Below are positions 11,757-23,078 of a stretch of 64,000 nucleotides of DNA, in pieces. The DNA is taken from assembly GCA_963730905.1 (NCBI GenBank), contig CAVSTN010000015.1:13877-77876 (forward strand), written 5' to 3'. The position numbers were made by a program, and so were the translations under genes. Numbering within the stretch: the stretch's first letter is position 1; each line of letters starts with the position of its first letter. Under the pieces are notes generated by a model. It was not told the origin of the DNA, did no database searches, and saw only the letters and a program-made list of their open reading frames with translations. Source of the stretch: an uncultured Nitrospiraceae bacterium. GTDB taxonomy: Bacteria > Nitrospirota > Nitrospiria > Nitrospirales > UBA8639.

Positions 11757-11832
11757 CCCCATCATTTAGTTAAATGGTAATTGGACGTATATTCCTCGCA
11801 GATAACCAAAGAATAATCTGGCGTCCATTATA

Positions 11833-13320
11833 GTGAACATGAGCAATCTTCCTTCCCAACCATCCCGCCTCAATCAAGAAAGTGGGTTTTTTAGTTTACG
11901 GGATATCCTCACGATTCTTTTCAAGCATCAATGGGAAATCATCGCGATCTTCGTATTTTGTACAATTCTTTCCTATATTGTTCCGATGAAGATGACACCG
12001 ATTTACCGAGCAGAATCAAGTCTTATGGTGAAAATAGGAAGAGAGCACATGTACAATGCGGAAGTAGGAGACCACTCCCCGAAAATGGCTTTTGATCTTC
12101 AAGCAGTGGTTGAGCCTGAAATTAAAATACTCACCAGTCGAGATCTCATCAAAAAAGTTGTGGAGACCATTGGGGTGAAAATTTTATATCCCGAAATTCT
12201 TGAAATGGATCAATTAACCATTTCGCCTCTTGAGGTTGCATTAACGTACTTCCCTGGAAATCTATCTGTAGATAGACCCGGAAAATCGAATGTAATTGTG
12301 GTTGGCTTCGAGCACCAAAATCCCCAGGTAGCTGCCCAGGCGGTAAATTTACTCAGTGAATTTTGGAAAGAAAAGCATCTTGCCATTTTCAGTAACCCGC
12401 AGACCTCCTTTTTAGAAGAGCAGGTTCAAACATTTCGTAAAAATTTGGAACAATCTGAAACCGCTCTTCAAGAATTCAAGAGAGAGCATGGGATTTCTTC
12501 CATATTAGATCAACGGAATCTCCTCTTTAACCAACGGCAAACGATAGACAGTAGATCAAAAGCTAATGAAGACCAAGTCCAGGGCTTAGGCTCAAAAATA
12601 AATTCCCTGAAAAGGCAGTTAAACGATATTCCTCAGTACATTCCTGTTTCGACTGAAACCGAAAGCGAACACCCGACCATCAATGCCACACGAAACGAGT
12701 TGCTGGCTCTCAGGCGAAAAGAACAACAACTTTTAGGAAAATATCAGGAAAGCAGTCGAATGATTACTGATGTTCGAGAGGAAATAGCTCTAATTCAGAC
12801 ATTAATTAATAAACAAGAAGCCCAAGCCAAAGAGCAGATAAAAACAGTCAGGAACCCTGTCTACCAAGACATTCAGCTAGAACTTTTGAGTTCAGAATCT
12901 GAATTAACTTCTCTCAAGACCAAGCAAGGAGTCTTCCTGGGACAAATCGAAGAACTTGATAGTCACATTTCACGACTCAATCAATTAGAAAAACAATTTG
13001 ACGGGCTCCAGCGTGAGGTCAACAAAGATAAAGAGAATTTAAAAATTTATGTGGAAAAACTTGAAATGGCAAATATCTCTACAGATATGGATAAGAAGCA
13101 ACTTGCAAATGTGAGCGTGATACAATCCGCCTCACCTCCAATTTCACCAATTAAACCGAAAAAATCTCTTATCTTGTACTTTGGCATCGCTTTTGGGTTG
13201 CTGAGTGGAGTGGCTTGGGCATTTGTTTCGGAATTTTTCAAGGGCGGATACACAAGACCAGAACAACTCTCGCTTGAACAGGGAATCCCGGTCCTGGCCA
13301 GCATTAATTATAAGAAGTAA
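11833..13320 (+). CDS. Polysaccharide co-polymerase / chain-length determinant (GumC / Wzc N-terminal type)
   Basis: SLRDILTILFK, TPIYRAES, ILTSRDL, long coiled coil, PPISPIKPKK before second TM helix. Confidence 0.88.
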   Translation: MNMSNLPSQPSRLNQESGFFSLRDILTILFKHQWEIIAIFVFCTILSYIVPMKMTPIYRAESSLMVKIGREHMYNAEVGDHSPKMAFDLQAVVEPEIKILTSRDLIKKVVETIGVKILYPEILEMDQLTISPLEVALTYFPGNLSVDRPGKSNVIVVGFEHQNPQVAAQAVNLLSEFWKEKHLAIFSNPQTSFLEEQVQTFRKNLEQSETALQEFKREHGISSILDQRNLLFNQRQTIDSRSKANEDQVQGLGSKINSLKRQLNDIPQYIPVSTETESEHPTINATRNELLALRRKEQQLLGKYQESSRMITDVREEIALIQTLINKQEAQAKEQIKTVRNPVYQDIQLELLSSESELTSLKTKQGVFLGQIEELDSHISRLNQLEKQFDGLQREVNKDKENLKIYVEKLEMANISTDMDKKQLANVSVIQSASPPISPIKPKKSLILYFGIAFGLLSGVAWAFVSEFFKGGYTRPEQLSLEQGIPVLASINYKK

Positions 13321-13470
13321 GAAGAGTGCCTTAAGAACTAGGCCAGAAAATTAAGAAGAAGAAACCAGAGACGTGCTAGCTTAAGATCTCAAACGATACC
13401 ATGGCGAGAGGTAAAGGTCCCAAGTTCTTATCTTCCGGTTTCTCTGGACAAATGTCGTCAAATATTATTG

Positions 13471-14238
13471 CTAATTTTTATGTAGAAAATATCTAATATA
13501 TTGCTTCCCAAAATACCATATGAATTTAGGGTTGGTCGTAGCGTATCGTTTCCATAGTCTTTGAGGTTCGGACATTAACCTAAAAAACCATTCCATTCCT
13601 ATTGCACGTATCCACTCCGAGGCCATAGGTTTCTCACCACTGAGAAAATCAAAGACAGCACCAACTCCTACCAGGGTAGCATTCAGATGCTTCACATTAG
13701 CGGCCATCCAACGCTCCTGTTTAGGGCAACCTAATCCAACAAAAAGCAATTGCGTACCTGATTCATTTATGAGCTTTCTGTCATCAGCAAGCTCAACCTC
13801 TGTTAAGGTTCTAAACGGTGGCGAAATCATACATCCTATTTTTATGCCCGGATAATCCCGAATGAGAGTTTCCCGTATACGTGCCAGGGCCGTTTCTGTT
13901 CCACCATAAAAACCAATCACAGCGTTTTTGAAGTCAGCATACTTTAAAATTTCTTCAGTCAAATCCGCTCCACGGATTTGCTCGACAGATTCATGGCCCA
14001 AGAGCTTGAGTGCCAGGGCTATTGGCTTCCCGTCTGGCACAACTAGATCAGCATTATTAACTACATCTGCAAATGTGGCATTATCCAGACATTCCATGCA
14101 CATATGCACATTGGAAACGCAAATGTAGCGACCCTTTGCTTCGTTTATCCACTTAAAAACTAGCGAGGTTGTGGCATCAAATGTACCAGTATCAACCCAC
14201 ATTGAAATCACTCTCTGGCGGATAAAGAAACTACCCAT
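13471..14238 (-). CDS. WecB/TagA/CpsF (WecG-type, GT26) glycosyltransferase
   Basis: ADLVVPDG, FVGLGCPKQE, GVGAVFDF, EWFFRL..EP.RLW.RY. Confidence 0.92.
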   Translation of the reverse strand: MGSFFIRQRVISMWVDTGTFDATTSLVFKWINEAKGRYICVSNVHMCMECLDNATFADVVNNADLVVPDGKPIALALKLLGHESVEQIRGADLTEEILKYADFKNAVIGFYGGTETALARIRETLIRDYPGIKIGCMISPPFRTLTEVELADDRKLINESGTQLLFVGLGCPKQERWMAANVKHLNATLVGVGAVFDFLSGEKPMASEWIRAIGMEWFFRLMSEPQRLWKRYATTNPKFIWYFGKQYIRYFLHKN

Positions 14239-14361
14239 AAAAATTTCCCATGCAACTTGTTAGGGACGGGGTAAACTCATCAACGCTCTAACCTTTCTTC
14301 GTTGACAACCTCCCTACTGGCGAGGGAACCCTTTATTTCCAAAAGAGTTAGGAAACTAAAC

Positions 14362-15198
14362 ATGAAGAAATTAATACACATTTTGGCAAGAACTCCATTT
14401 TTAGGGCGGTTTGTGATCTTCTTATTCCGTATCAAGATAGCGTTCACCTATCTTTTGGGGCAACTGAACAAAGTGCTTCGCTGGCTGTATGAATCCAGGG
14501 AAACCACCAATCTAACCTATGACTTAACGGAATTGAACAGGAAGCATCTTGTGTCTTTCCTTGCAAATGTTACACAAAAAAGTTTCGATGAACTGATGGG
14601 CTATGTAAATGAAATTGAACAAGATACACATCTTAAGTCTCATATTGAGAATCAAACGACTAAAAGTTCTTGGGCTATCATCGCAGACAAAGAGGCTCGA
14701 TACGGTCGTAGAGTTGGCTGGTATGCATTGATTAGGGCCTTTCGTCCACAAGTCGTTATCGAAACCGGGATTGATAAAGGACTTGGTTCGTGTGTAATAA
14801 CTGCAGCATTAATGAAAAATTGCAAAGAGGGGCACCCCGGATTTTATTACGGTACTGACATAAATCCTAAGGCAGGATATTTGTTGTCAGGTGAGTATAA
14901 AAAATATGGAGAAATCTTGATCGGAGACTCAATCGAGAGTCTTGAAACCTTTAGCAAACCCATTGATCTATTCATAAATGACAGCGCCCATTCTGCGGAA
15001 TATGAATTGAGGGAATACCACACAATCCAGAATAAACTGACTCAAAATGCGTTTATACTTGGTGATAACTCTCATTGCACCGATAAGTTATTTCAATTTG
15101 CGCGAATGACCGGACGAAACTACCTTTTCTTCCAGGAAGTTCCTGAGGATCATTGGTATCCGGGCGCAGGGATTGGAGTAGCGTTCAAAGCTTTTTGA
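14362..15198 (+). CDS. Class I SAM-dependent methyltransferase (Methyltransf_24-like), opposite orientation to cluster
   Basis: VVIETGIDKG, IDLFINDSAH; ATG at 14362 after AGGA. Confidence 0.78.
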   Translation: MKKLIHILARTPFLGRFVIFLFRIKIAFTYLLGQLNKVLRWLYESRETTNLTYDLTELNRKHLVSFLANVTQKSFDELMGYVNEIEQDTHLKSHIENQTTKSSWAIIADKEARYGRRVGWYALIRAFRPQVVIETGIDKGLGSCVITAALMKNCKEGHPGFYYGTDINPKAGYLLSGEYKKYGEILIGDSIESLETFSKPIDLFINDSAHSAEYELREYHTIQNKLTQNAFILGDNSHCTDKLFQFARMTGRNYLFFQEVPEDHWYPGAGIGVAFKAF

Positions 15199-15225
15199 AT
15201 AGCTCACCCTTCAATCCGAGATAAA

Positions 15226-16404
15226 TTATTGGACCATTACCTGCATATAGATGCTTAGCAGCTGAGCATAGTTTACTTCAGGAGAAAACTTCTCCACGTA
15301 TCTATTTCTAGCATTTCTCCCCATACGCCGACACTCTTCTGGCCGTTCCATCAACCAACAAGCCTTGAGTGCAAGATCCCTAGCATCACCAGGCTCAAAA
15401 AATAGCCCGGTAATTCCATCTTCAATAATTTCTCCCATACTTCCCAATTTCGACGCCAGCACCGGCAGTCCATGCGCAAATGCCTCCACAATGACCATTG
15501 GGAAACCTTCAAACCATTCAGAGGGTACAACCAGGAAGAGAGCCTGGTTCATCAAGGAACGAATATTATCCTGCTCCTGAAAGCCAAGACCCACAATATT
15601 TGCCTGCTTTGGCATCTCAGCTTCAAGAGGACCGCAGCCAGCTATCTTGAGGCAATAATGAATGTCCAAGGTGGTCCATGCTTTAAAAAGAGTTCTGAGC
15701 CCTTTTTCCGAACTGAGCCGACCAACAAAAAGAGCAAATAGTTCACGAGACTTCCAATCATCTCGGTTCTTAGGATCAGTAGAGCCTCGTGGATCTACTA
15801 CGAAGTTGGGCTTCACACTAATCTGGGCTTTAGCAAAGCCGGCCTGAGTGAATTTTGATTTTGAAAATTCTGTGCAGGCAATAAAGTGATTCACTTTTTT
15901 GGCCCAGGTCCCTAATCGCCGGTGCGTGGAAACCATATGAGCAACAGCCAAACTGCCCAGCTTTGAATTACGATAACAGCCATAAACCGCCGCCTGGTAT
16001 GGTGAACCCGTAATACATTGTTCACAAATATTTCCATCTCGCATTAGCAAAGCACCAGGGCAAATGAGTCGATAATTATGCAGAGTCTGCACAACGGCAA
16101 CACCTTCATCGGCACAAGCATCGTAAATTGATGGACTCAACTGTGGAAAGAAATTGTGTACATGGACAATCTCGGGGCGAAAGAAGTTTATTGCCTCTCG
16201 TAACTTTTCGCGGCCAATTCTGGAGTAAGTTGCTGTGAATGCAGTTTTGATCTGCGTGAGAAACCCATCGGCAAGTTCCCTATTATCAACAAGCAGAAGA
16301 TCAACATCATGACCATGTTGTGATAATAGAGCACGCTCAGCTTCGACGACATTATCTTCGCCACCGTTCTGCTGATACCGATTATGAGCAATCAGGATTC
16401 TCAT
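15226..16404 (-). CDS. Glycosyltransferase family 4
   Basis: HNRYQQNGGED, TLHNYRL.C, FVGRLS.EKG, EGFPMVIVEAFA.G.PV. Confidence 0.92.
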   Translation of the reverse strand: MRILIAHNRYQQNGGEDNVVEAERALLSQHGHDVDLLLVDNRELADGFLTQIKTAFTATYSRIGREKLREAINFFRPEIVHVHNFFPQLSPSIYDACADEGVAVVQTLHNYRLICPGALLMRDGNICEQCITGSPYQAAVYGCYRNSKLGSLAVAHMVSTHRRLGTWAKKVNHFIACTEFSKSKFTQAGFAKAQISVKPNFVVDPRGSTDPKNRDDWKSRELFALFVGRLSSEKGLRTLFKAWTTLDIHYCLKIAGCGPLEAEMPKQANIVGLGFQEQDNIRSLMNQALFLVVPSEWFEGFPMVIVEAFAHGLPVLASKLGSMGEIIEDGITGLFFEPGDARDLALKACWLMERPEECRRMGRNARNRYVEKFSPEVNYAQLLSIYMQVMVQ

Positions 16405-16613
16405 ACGAAATTCTTATTTATGAAGTTTTGATTCTGCTGCATGACCCGAATCAATAAAATATATCGTTAGAATTGTTTGTATTTTTTCGATATGCCTGTA
16501 GGGCGATCAGTGTAATCTACCGGCTCGGGCGATACGACCATTTTTCTGTTAACCCAGCTCTAAGCACGAACCACCATCGGGAATGCGGCTTATTTTTTGA
16601 AATCCTAATGGTC

Positions 16614-17339
16614 CTACTCTTTGGTTGCCACCCACTGGACGCCACCACTCAATAGATTCGGCCAGAAATTATGCACCACACCGAAACGACCATACCCGAC
16701 TTTTTTAACCATCTTAAAACCGAACTTCTCTAGCAGCAAGCGCAGGGATCGAAAGGTAAAATAGTGAAAATGCCCCCCATCAAAAAGAATATCACTTCCC
16801 AGGCCTTCATTGGTTTGAGAGGTTGAAGGAAAGCGGCCTGCCATGAGCAGAACCCTCTTTTTGAGAAAAGCTATGTTGGGTGTGTTGATTACCAGTGTCC
16901 CACCAGGTCTTAGCACCCGGTGCATTTCCTCTGCCGCTTTGTAGACATCTGGTATATGCTCGATGGTATCGGCTGAAACGACATGATCGATGGAATTTGA
17001 TTCAAGCTGAGATAAATTCTCCGCCGTCCCCTGAATCGGCATGAAACAGAACTCTTCAAGGTTTATTTCTGCATGCGCGAGTCTGTGCCGGGAGTACTCC
17101 AAACCAATTAACTTATTAAAACGATGCCTGAACTGGTATAAAAGATAACCAGAGCCACACCCAATATCCAGAATGGTTTCGCCCATTCCCTCGATCGCAA
17201 TGATTGCTTCAAGTCGATTCTTGGGCCAGCTACTTAGAGATATATCGCTGAAGTCCTCTTTTTCAAGTGATAAATGATAAAACTGGTCATATTTGTCTTT
17301 CATATGGGCTTCATACCTATCACGGATATGGGTTAGCAT
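16614..17339 (-). CDS. Class I SAM-dependent methyltransferase
   Basis: ILDIGCGSG, IEHIPD, VLRPGG..INTPN. Confidence 0.9.
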   Translation of the reverse strand: MLTHIRDRYEAHMKDKYDQFYHLSLEKEDFSDISLSSWPKNRLEAIIAIEGMGETILDIGCGSGYLLYQFRHRFNKLIGLEYSRHRLAHAEINLEEFCFMPIQGTAENLSQLESNSIDHVVSADTIEHIPDVYKAAEEMHRVLRPGGTLVINTPNIAFLKKRVLLMAGRFPSTSQTNEGLGSDILFDGGHFHYFTFRSLRLLLEKFGFKMVKKVGYGRFGVVHNFWPNLLSGGVQWVATKE

Positions 17340-17392
17340 CAGCTACTATGAGAACTTCTAGAGAATAGGCACTAAATCCATTTTCCAATGTT

Positions 17393-18528
17393 TTAGAGAT
17401 GTGCTAGCCATGCTCGAATTCCTGCGGTGAAATGATCAACCATATTCTCTAACGAATACGTTTTCGCACTCTCCTGACAACCTCGTTGCATGAATGCTTG
17501 CATTGATTCAGAATTCAGGTACTCAACGACAGCATTTGCAAAGGCATCTATTGAATTGGGCGTAATAGCACCATTCACTCCATTCACCAGATAAGCAATT
17601 TCTGGACTGTGAATAGGTATATCGGTCGTAAACAGGGGTGTTTCCGCAATGAAACTATCGACGACGGCGAGCCCAACCATTCCGGGCATTAATAGGGCCT
17701 TACTGATTAAAAAATATGGAACACGATCTACGCCATGTTTTGGCCCCACGTAATGGAGCCAACGTGTCGTCCTTGCAGCTGTTTCGACGAGATGTTGTTC
17801 AGGCCCATCTCCCACAATGATCATCTCAAAATCCGGCAGTAAGTATTTTATTTTCAAACAGGCTTCAAGTAAGAAAAGTATACGTTTTTCAGAATAGATT
17901 CCACCACAGTACAAACACACATTTTTGCTCGTTATTCCTAGATTGGTCTTAAGTTGCACTATGTCAGTCTGATCAGTTCTCTCTTTTGCTTCGGAAAATT
18001 CGAGAACATCAATAGTGTTCTGAACATTCGTGATTCTATCTTTTGGGAAACCTGTGCCCGCCACGACCTTTGCGCTGAGGGACGTATAGGCAAACCACCA
18101 GTCGGCCTGCCCTAAAAGACGGTGCTTAAGACGTTCGCTTGTACTGTGTTTGTTTTTGGCCTGGAGATTTTTGCCATGTCCCCAATAAGGCAATTTGTGG
18201 TCGAATTGTGAACTTCCGACGAAGAACAAGACAATGATTAATAAGCAATCGGTTTGCCTGTTCAACAATAATACAGTCAACACCTAATATATACTTCAGT
18301 ACCGGTTGCCAGACAAGTTCTTGGTTCCCGAGTGCCCAATATTTGTTTTCCACATGCACGGCCCACGGCTCATCGATGGGTAGAGTGCGGGGCACCGTGC
18401 CTCAATTTTTCCTGTCCATAAATTAAGTTAAGCCTGATACCATGGAGAGCCAAGTTCTGCTGCAACTGACGAAAAAACTTTATCCTATAATACGGAAGGA
18501 TCCTCTGAATAATTAACACGGTTTGCAT
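17393..18528 (-). CDS. Glycosyltransferase family 4, split by two frameshifts (~18400, ~18190)
   Basis: Start MQTVLIIQRILPYYRIKFF at 18528; ORF 18126..18395 is the middle part; ORF 17393..18283 has WGHG, EKRI, PGMVGLAVVDSF...HSPEIAYL. Confidence 0.82.
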
Positions 18529-18586
18529 GAGTCTCAGATTTGGAAGCTGAGGATGTAAGTGAATTTGAAACAGCCATCAAGAACTA

Positions 18587-18667
18587 TACGTTCCCAGGCA
18601 TGAAAACTTTCCGCAGACCACACTTTCTGAACTAATTCGTCAGCCTACCAAAAAATCTGGGAACGTA
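18587..18667. mobile_element. 81-bp MITE-like element / IS scar with 11-bp perfect terminal inverted repeats
   Basis: TACGTTCCCAG (18587-18597) ... CTGGGAACGTA (18657-18667), intergenic. Confidence 0.45.
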
Positions 18668-18823
18668 ACAGAATTTTTTGTTTTCAAAATATTCGAATTA
18701 TTGAAGAAATTGATTGAAATTTCCATAACCTGGTTCCTCAGGAACTACATGCTGTTGCCTTCAATCAATGCTGTTTGTTCCAGTAGACTATTAGTATAGG
18801 ATCAGATGTTGTTTTAAATATTG

Positions 18824-20121
18824 TTACCTGCCGACGTTATCCAGCCACACATTCCTGTTGATCGGCCGCAAGAATTGCCACTTGTCTCTCAAGCAGGATA
18901 ACGAATAAAAAAATATGTGCCCCGGATCCCACAAGTGACCCTTGTTTAAAAGACAACAAAAAGGCAAAAACAAAACTGGCGACAAGTGTGGCCCAAATGC
19001 CTCGTTGAATAGGGTCGTGTTTGAAAAACTGTATGCTGTGCATATCGTCCGAAAGGATACCCATAAAAGTCCAAGCAAGATTCCCAACCCAAAAATTCCC
19101 TCTTCCCCTAATATTTCTATCGAAGCACCATGTGGGATAAAAGCCCACAATGTTACCTGCAAAAGAAGCCGAATTCCCGAGCCCCAAAATAAACGCTGCA
19201 GGATCGCCGGATGATGCCCTCCACCAATGATGGAGTAATTGAGAAGCCATTTGAACCCGCCCCTCCCAATCCGATTGAAAGGTAGATGACGACCAACGGT
19301 CCTCAATTGCGGTAAAGGAATTGAGAGCATAGAGAGACAGTGAAACCAAACCTATCCCCAGAAGAGCCCAAATCACATATTGCTTCAGGTTGGATACTGG
19401 TCTGCTAAATGGCAAAAACACAAGCGGAATAGTGACCATCAGGATGAATTGCCCGCGAGTTTCGGACTTCATCACTAAAACAATACTTGCAACTATCGCG
19501 ACAAATTTTATCCCCGTCCATTTCCAACTCTTGCCATGATTGAGCAAAATCGCCGCTAATGTGACCAACCCTGCCATTTCTGGGAATGCCAGTGGATCCC
19601 AGATAGTTTCGCTTGGATCCCAGAATGTCCCAATGAATCGATTGTCCCAATCCACAAATACATCAACGAGAGTCGCTAATACAGCACCAAGGTATAGAAT
19701 TGCAGATAATCCATCTTGTAGATCGGTTGGGTGTCGGAATAATAACGGTACTAAGAGCACATTAAGAACCATATAGGGCCAGCTGTAATTCCACTGCTCA
19801 ATCCCTTTTTCAAATGCCGGGGACCAGGAGAGGGAGATTGCGGCATAAAGAAACAGGCAGATAGTTACTATCTGCACCCAAGGGAGCCTTTGAAGCGGCC
19901 GAAAGGCAAATGGCTGCGCACGAAGATATCCCCAGCCCAACCAAAGCAACCATGAACAAGTTGGTGAATTTTTCATAATGGAAGAAGAAGGGGTGGGCCA
20001 TCTGTCCCCAGAAATCAAGTACCTTCACGCATATCAGACTGGCCAAGGCAATCGCTGGACGAAGCCAGGTTCCCACAAGTAGCGCAATGAGGATGCATAC
20101 ATATATACCGAGGGTAACCAT
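18824..20121 (-). CDS. wzy: O-antigen polymerase/ligase-like (Wzy_C) membrane protein, two frameshifts
   Basis: Overlapping hydrophobic ORFs 19810..20121, 18837..20018 and 18824..19330; SETRGQ, ILGLG and PH...EILGEEG.FG motifs. Confidence 0.75.
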
Positions 20122-20394
20122 ACAGTCAGCTTAGATAATCTCAATTTGATATATTTGCCGAATAGACATCGGATCTAATTCACTTGAATAATGCGTAGAT
20201 AGAGGATTAGTAAACTTTTGGGTCATGCTTATGGATGGCAATTTCTCAGGAAGGCTGCTTTGGTTTTCCCCCAATTTCCTTGTACGGAATATCCTTCCCC
20301 ATCTGAAGATGGTCACACTCCATACACGATTTTGATTTCAAAATTTTGAGCTTTAATGCCTAAAAACCTTGGATAGAACTAGATTTCCTTGGTC

Positions 20395-21597
20395 TCACCC
20401 CTCAATGGATTCGACCAGGATTCTTGAAAAGCTTTCCAGATTATGGGAGGCGTAGGCTAAACGGCCATTCTCCCCATATTGCTGTGCGAGATTGGGATTC
20501 CGACTTAGCTCTCCAATTGCGTTGGCAATTGCCGTGGCATTAGAGGTAGTCACAACAATGCCGGAGCTGAATCGTTTGGTTAAAAACCCGATTAAACCCT
20601 CATCACTCGCAACAACCGGTAGTCCCATGACACCCGCTTGCACGAGCACCCCGCTCATGTGGTAATGCCCTTGATAGCCAAGCCAAACCACATCAGCAGC
20701 GGAGAATACCATATTTTCCTCATCCATACTCAGATATCGGTTCATTTGATGAATCCGACCACTCATTTTCAAATTATTGGCCAACGGAGACAGAAGAAAT
20801 TTTTCAACTTTTTCGTCCTGCTTTCCTGCCAACAACAAGCGTCCATCGGACGGAAATCTCCGGTCCTCCATTGCCTGTATTAAAACATCGATCCCTTTAC
20901 GCAAGGATAGCGCCCCGTAAACCAGGACGATGAACCCATGTTTCGAAATTCCTAATTCATGTCTTGCTTGTTCTTGGCTCATTGAACGTTTTGTTTCCGT
21001 ACTGTCTGGAATAAAAACCAGACGGGAGCCTTGAGGGAGCGACAGATTTTCAGTGTACTCCTTCAGTGTCACATCAATCGTAAATAGGGCTCGAAGGAAT
21101 GAATTCCGAAGGAGTCGAAAAAACAATCGTTCTTTAACCGAATTAAAACCACCAGGGGGAGCTTTAACACCCCATGCAGAATGATGGAATCCTGCCCTCA
21201 TGACAAGCCCCGCCCAAGGGGTTCTGGCAAAAGGCGATCCGAGAATCGCAAAGGCATAAGTACAATAATCCAGGTAAGGCAGCATAACGAAATCAATCTG
21301 ACAATTTTCTAATCCTCGCTTGTATAAATCCTGAAAAATCCTTCGAAATTTGATCATTTTATGTATCATCTTAAAGGGATTTCTGTCGGAGGTGTCGAAT
21401 CTTTGATGGTCACGGGTAATGAACGAAATATTTTTGTCCTGTGTCGATAACATCGCTTGAATTGTCGAATGATGAAGACTCTCCTTAAACGTGCCAACCT
21501 GCACTTGATGTCCTCTTGAGATAAGGGCATGAACCATCCATTGAAGATAAACCCCGTGATGCCCGCTCACAAAAGGTTCTATGATGAGTATGTTCAC
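20395..21597 (-). CDS. Glycosyltransferase family 4
   Basis: SGHH, YG..RKG, AADVV, SGVL.QA...GLPVV. Confidence 0.88.
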   Translation of the reverse strand: MNILIIEPFVSGHHGVYLQWMVHALISRGHQVQVGTFKESLHHSTIQAMLSTQDKNISFITRDHQRFDTSDRNPFKMIHKMIKFRRIFQDLYKRGLENCQIDFVMLPYLDYCTYAFAILGSPFARTPWAGLVMRAGFHHSAWGVKAPPGGFNSVKERLFFRLLRNSFLRALFTIDVTLKEYTENLSLPQGSRLVFIPDSTETKRSMSQEQARHELGISKHGFIVLVYGALSLRKGIDVLIQAMEDRRFPSDGRLLLAGKQDEKVEKFLLSPLANNLKMSGRIHQMNRYLSMDEENMVFSAADVVWLGYQGHYHMSGVLVQAGVMGLPVVASDEGLIGFLTKRFSSGIVVTTSNATAIANAIGELSRNPNLAQQYGENGRLAYASHNLESFSRILVESIEG

Positions 21598-21890
21598 AAC
21601 ATTGGCCTAAAATTTTTGTTGTTGTTTATCAGCAGATTGGACTTAAAATGATTGCATAAAACCACCTGGCATTTCTGTCTTCCCTGGTGCGCAAGGCCAC
21701 AAGCCAAGAAGGAGAACGTCCGTGGCGGAAGATGAAAGTTTTCCCACGGAGGAGATGCAGGCTGTCCTTAGGGTACTCTTATGACCTATAACGAATGGGC
21801 TCTTCGCCAGCATAGTCACCAGCCTAAATAACCCAAAGAATGAGGAGTATCCGGCTGGGGGTAACATGTAAGTCTTATATTAATTAAGGC

Positions 21891-23078
21891 TTAACTTGAA
21901 GGGGTTAAAGAACCTAAGAAGTTATAAAAAACATCATTCTTGTAGATATTAAAATTGAGCTTAGCATTAAAATAATTTATGGCATTCTTCTGATAGGATT
22001 TATTACAAATACCCTCAAAGCAGTCTTTGATGTTTCGAGGCTGCTCAACAACGCACCCAAATTTAAATTGTCGGGCTTCATCAGCATAAAGACCAATCTC
22101 ATTCATAATTACTGGAATCCCATAGCGTAGGTAAGTGCTAATTTTCCCTGAAGCCAAGCCCAAATATTCCAGATTCTTTCCAGTAAGAGGTCTTTTATAA
22201 TTTGGTTGATAAAATGCGAGCCCGGCTGACACACCTGAAAGAATGCTGCCCATAGCATCGACTTTTTCGGTGGCAGCATCACTAATAAAAAATTTACTCC
22301 CGAGCAATCTTGATAAAGATGGGAGTTCATCGTGCAGGAGCTCGTACGTTTTTCCATTGCGATCATGAATAATAAGAACCCAGTCGTCAGGCCAATCGAC
22401 CACACATCTCAAAAGATGGTTAGTCATAGACCAGTCGGAGATTGAACCAATAGCTATGGCGACTTTCTTTTCGACTGCGATACCAATATGATCCCGTAAC
22501 CGTTGAGTTGCTAATTCTCCAGTGCCGGCCGATGCCAAAGGTAATATAAATTTACTAGAGGCTGGGAGGTGGTTTTCTCGTTGCAGCAACTCGGCCCTTA
22601 CCTCATCTTGTATCAGCCAGGCTTTGACATTTTTTGAGGCTTTACGTTCTGGCAATTTATATCGCCTAGAAGTTTCATCTTCACAAGTGATTTCAAACGA
22701 AATAAACACATAGGGTGTCTTTTTAATGTCACTGAGAATGCTGGCTTCGATTAGTCCTTGTCGATCAACTCCGATAATTAAATCATAACGCTTATATAAA
22801 AAAATACTTTCCAACAAAACCAATACATACATCAATGGCCAGGCAGAAATCTTATCGAACACCACAGACTTTATTCGTTTCAGCATCCTTCCATATGGCC
22901 ACAACTTAATGCCCTGGCATTCAGGCATGGGCGCTACTGCCCTAGCATATCGAAGATCAATGCCAATGTTTTTTTCTAACAATAAATCAATGATGCAAAT
23001 CAATGAAGGATTGTTGAAGGAATTACCTTCAGGATGAAGAAGAAGAATTCGCTGATTCACAGGATAAATAGATGTCAT
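21891..23078 (-). CDS. Putative GT-B glycosyltransferase
   Basis: ATGA overlap with upstream gene; C-terminal GLASGKISTYLRYGIPVI GT-B-like motif. Confidence 0.7.
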   Translation of the reverse strand: MTSIYPVNQRILLLHPEGNSFNNPSLICIIDLLLEKNIGIDLRYARAVAPMPECQGIKLWPYGRMLKRIKSVVFDKISAWPLMYVLVLLESIFLYKRYDLIIGVDRQGLIEASILSDIKKTPYVFISFEITCEDETSRRYKLPERKASKNVKAWLIQDEVRAELLQRENHLPASSKFILPLASAGTGELATQRLRDHIGIAVEKKVAIAIGSISDWSMTNHLLRCVVDWPDDWVLIIHDRNGKTYELLHDELPSLSRLLGSKFFISDAATEKVDAMGSILSGVSAGLAFYQPNYKRPLTGKNLEYLGLASGKISTYLRYGIPVIMNEIGLYADEARQFKFGCVVEQPRNIKDCFEGICNKSYQKNAINYFNAKLNFNIYKNDVFYNFLGSLTPSS

